This document shows, in pieces, positions 60,131 through 64,000 of a DNA stretch of 64,000 nucleotides. Numbering within the stretch: position 1 is the stretch's first letter; each line of letters opens with the position of its first letter. The translations under genes and the position numbers were made by a program. The stretch is from the human T2T-CHM13v2.0 reference genome, Homo sapiens, in the NCBI RefSeq assembly GCF_009914755.1, contig NC_060929.1, one strand, 5' to 3'. A model generated the notes under the pieces. It was not told the origin of the DNA and did no database searches. It was given only the letters and a program-made list of their open reading frames with translations.

Positions 60131-62279
60131 TCTAAACAAATATAGAACAACAGAACATTTTCAAACTCTCCCCATTATACCATTCTCTGCTAGGTCTCTG
60201 ACCACTTTTCTCAGGGCAGCGTGCTTTTGAAAAGCCACACAATTCCATGTCTTTCCTGTTGTTCCTTTATGTTTTTTGGTTGTACCAACTAATTGCTTTA
60301 GAAAGTTATTCCCCAAATTCCTCCCACAATTAACATTTAGATAAATAAGGATCTTTAAAGTTAGCACGATAGACTTATTACATCCTGGTATATATCCTGG
60401 AACATCAAAAAGCAAGGCCAGAGACTCCTGAGAAACATAGCATCAAACATTTCTCCCACACTCCTTTGGTTAAAAAGAAACTGAGAAGGAACCAGGAGAA
60501 AAGGCAATATTGTTGTTTAAAAAAGTCTTAGGGAAAGGTTTTCTTTCAGGAAAGGTCTGGATTAGGACATTGTCTAATTCTCATGGCAGAGTTAAAATCA
60601 GGCCATCAAACTCTAAAGATCCTTCCATCCAAAGTTGTTCTTTCCTGTGTTCTTTAGTGGTGTATATATCATGTTAATTATCTGTTCCTTGGGAGTGTGA
60701 AAGAATTAGCTGGCAAAGCTTTCTTTCGAGACATTTTGTAATTTGTTTCATAACAACTTTCTTCTATGGCTTTTGATTTGTTTCAGCTTTTTTACTTATA
60801 CTTGAACTAAATTTTGTAACTATTTTCCTAGAAAGAAATCCACCTCACTGATGTTTTCAAATTTATTACCACAGTGATGTGCATACATAATTAAAAAATC
60901 TTCTTTGTTGTTGCTTGTGTAGGTCTTTTGACAATTAATCATTAATTTGGTAAATTATTTCAGGTGGATCCCCCGGGCGGTGTTTTCACTCTGAAGGTTT
61001 TACTGAGATATTTTCACTAATTTCTAATTACAACAGGAGAATTAAGTTTCTTTTTATGAGCTTCCCTGTATTATATGTGGCAGTTTTAGTTTTGACACCC
61101 CTATCATCTCACTTGGATTTCTGTGTCTGGGTGCTGTGTGGGTACAGTAACTTTTCTTCATTCAGAGTTCTAAATTTGCCCTTGGCAGGGAGCTGTCTCC
61201 ATTTTATGACACACTGATCTATGAGCTATGTCTCTACTTTGTCTGTTGTTGTAAACAAACCTGGGATGACTGGGAGTATTTCTCTAGTGAATCAGTAGAC
61301 TGCTTAACATTCTACAGTTTCAAGCATGACAGTATAAGAGACTCATAAATACCCAGCTTGTCTCGCCTTATCACTGACTTTCAGGAAATCATACTCAACT
61401 TTCATATCTTAACTTTGGAATGGAAACTTGGAGGTGTGAAAAGCCTGAAAACACTTTTATTGAAAGATTAGGGAATTCTTTGTGTTAGCCAGTTATGGAA
61501 GTGAAGTATATCTGTTGTTTTCTATCCTTCTAGCTTTCTATTGACCTCCATTGGATATAAAGTGTAATTCCTTCTATTTCACCACAGAATATAGGAGATG
61601 ATTAGGAATCAGGGATTCAATTTTCACTATTTGTGGAAAACGACAAGATACATATATGAAGAAGTGAGGATTTTTTTAAGTGTAATGATTGAATTTCCAT
61701 AAGCCACCTATAATCCTCTGCTTGTTTCCCCTTATCACCAAAGGCATGGGCTTGCCAAGTAGCTCATTTATATATGGACATGGAATAGAGTTTTTTTCTC
61801 TTCCAATTGGTGATTGAAAACCTACTGATTGCTTTTACTTGAAATAATTATTTGGTGTAGAATTATAGTATATACTCACATGTTCTCTCTGTTTAACATT
61901 GATCTATGTTAAAGTCTTCTACCATTATGAGTTTTTTAAATGGTTTTTCTCATTAGGTGAAGTGAATTTATTTATAGTCTAATATATTCTAATTTAATTG
62001 TTTTTCTTTTACTAAAATATAAGCAACATGATAGGAAGGACTTGTCTGTCTTGGGCTCAACTATATCTCTGTTGTCTTCTATAGTGCCAGACATTGAGGA
62101 AATATTCGTTGACTATTCAGAAAAATCTCAAGATGCCAGTCAAGGAACCAAGTCTAATTCTGTTTTAGTTTCTGCTGTATGGAAGGGAGTCCATTTTCCT
62201 CAATTTTCTGATATGTTTGCCCTTTCTTTTGTTGGTGTGAATTAATATTTATTTTAAAAGTTGAGTAGTCCCATTTATG

Positions 62280-63160
<881 letters not shown>

Positions 63161-63165
63161 CAATT

Positions 63166-63558
<393 letters not shown>

Positions 63559-63699
63559 TCAGAAGAGTATGATGATTTGAGTTTGGGTAAACATAGCATA
63601 GAATTGTGGACATTCTTCAGGTGAAGATCTAAGGAATAATCTCGTGTAGTGGGTGGAGATTTGGTTAGGGACAGCAGAGAGGGTTGGTTTTTTGGTTAT

Positions 63700-63960
63700 G
63701 GCCTTTGCTGTGTGATTTAGGTGGTTACTTAAGTTTACTGACCTCTACTTTCCTAATCTTTAAATTGACAATAATAAGAATGGCTAATATGCATTAGTAG
63801 CTTATAATGTACTTAGATGTTTTATCTTACTTAAACCCCATACTACCAAGTCCATTAGAAAAGTAGTATTATTTCCGTCTTACAGATGAGCAAACTGAGT
63901 CACAGCCAAATTAAATAATTTGCTCAAATGATAAAGCTAAGCAAGTATTAACCTTGACAT
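63700..63960. mobile_element. MIR fragments in opposite orientations
   Basis: TGTGTGATTTAGGTGGTTACTTAA; TTACAGATGAGCAAACTGAG. Confidence 0.6.
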
Positions 63961-64000
63961 TACAGCTGCACAGCAGACTGACTCTACATCCCAGTCACTA

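Overview
AT-rich human (primate) non-coding DNA, intronic or intergenic. A consensus-perfect AluYa5 points to human. I can support no protein-coding exon, RNA gene, CpG island or CRISPR array: the listed ORFs are short Alu-, LTR- or chance-derived frames. The window is a mosaic of about 20 Alus (many with clear target-site duplications, TSDs), a full-length THE1 MaLR provirus, a MER52 solo LTR, several MLT/ERV LTRs, Tigger and MER53 DNA-transposon relics, and old L1/L2/MIR fragments. The most unusual signal is a series of locally templated insertions, where DNA copied from tens of bp to about 2.2 kb away was pasted into a repeat, usually with microhomology or snap-back hairpins. They lie at 7945-8147, 26605-26747, 42191-42261, 44106-44184, 47029-47164 and 53614-53882. 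Their ages differ (about 88-100% identity to their donors), which resembles repeated template-switch or Pol theta-type repair scars. I found no evidence for a novel gene system. Repeat subfamily names come from recalled consensus motifs, not a database search; identities were counted by eye.
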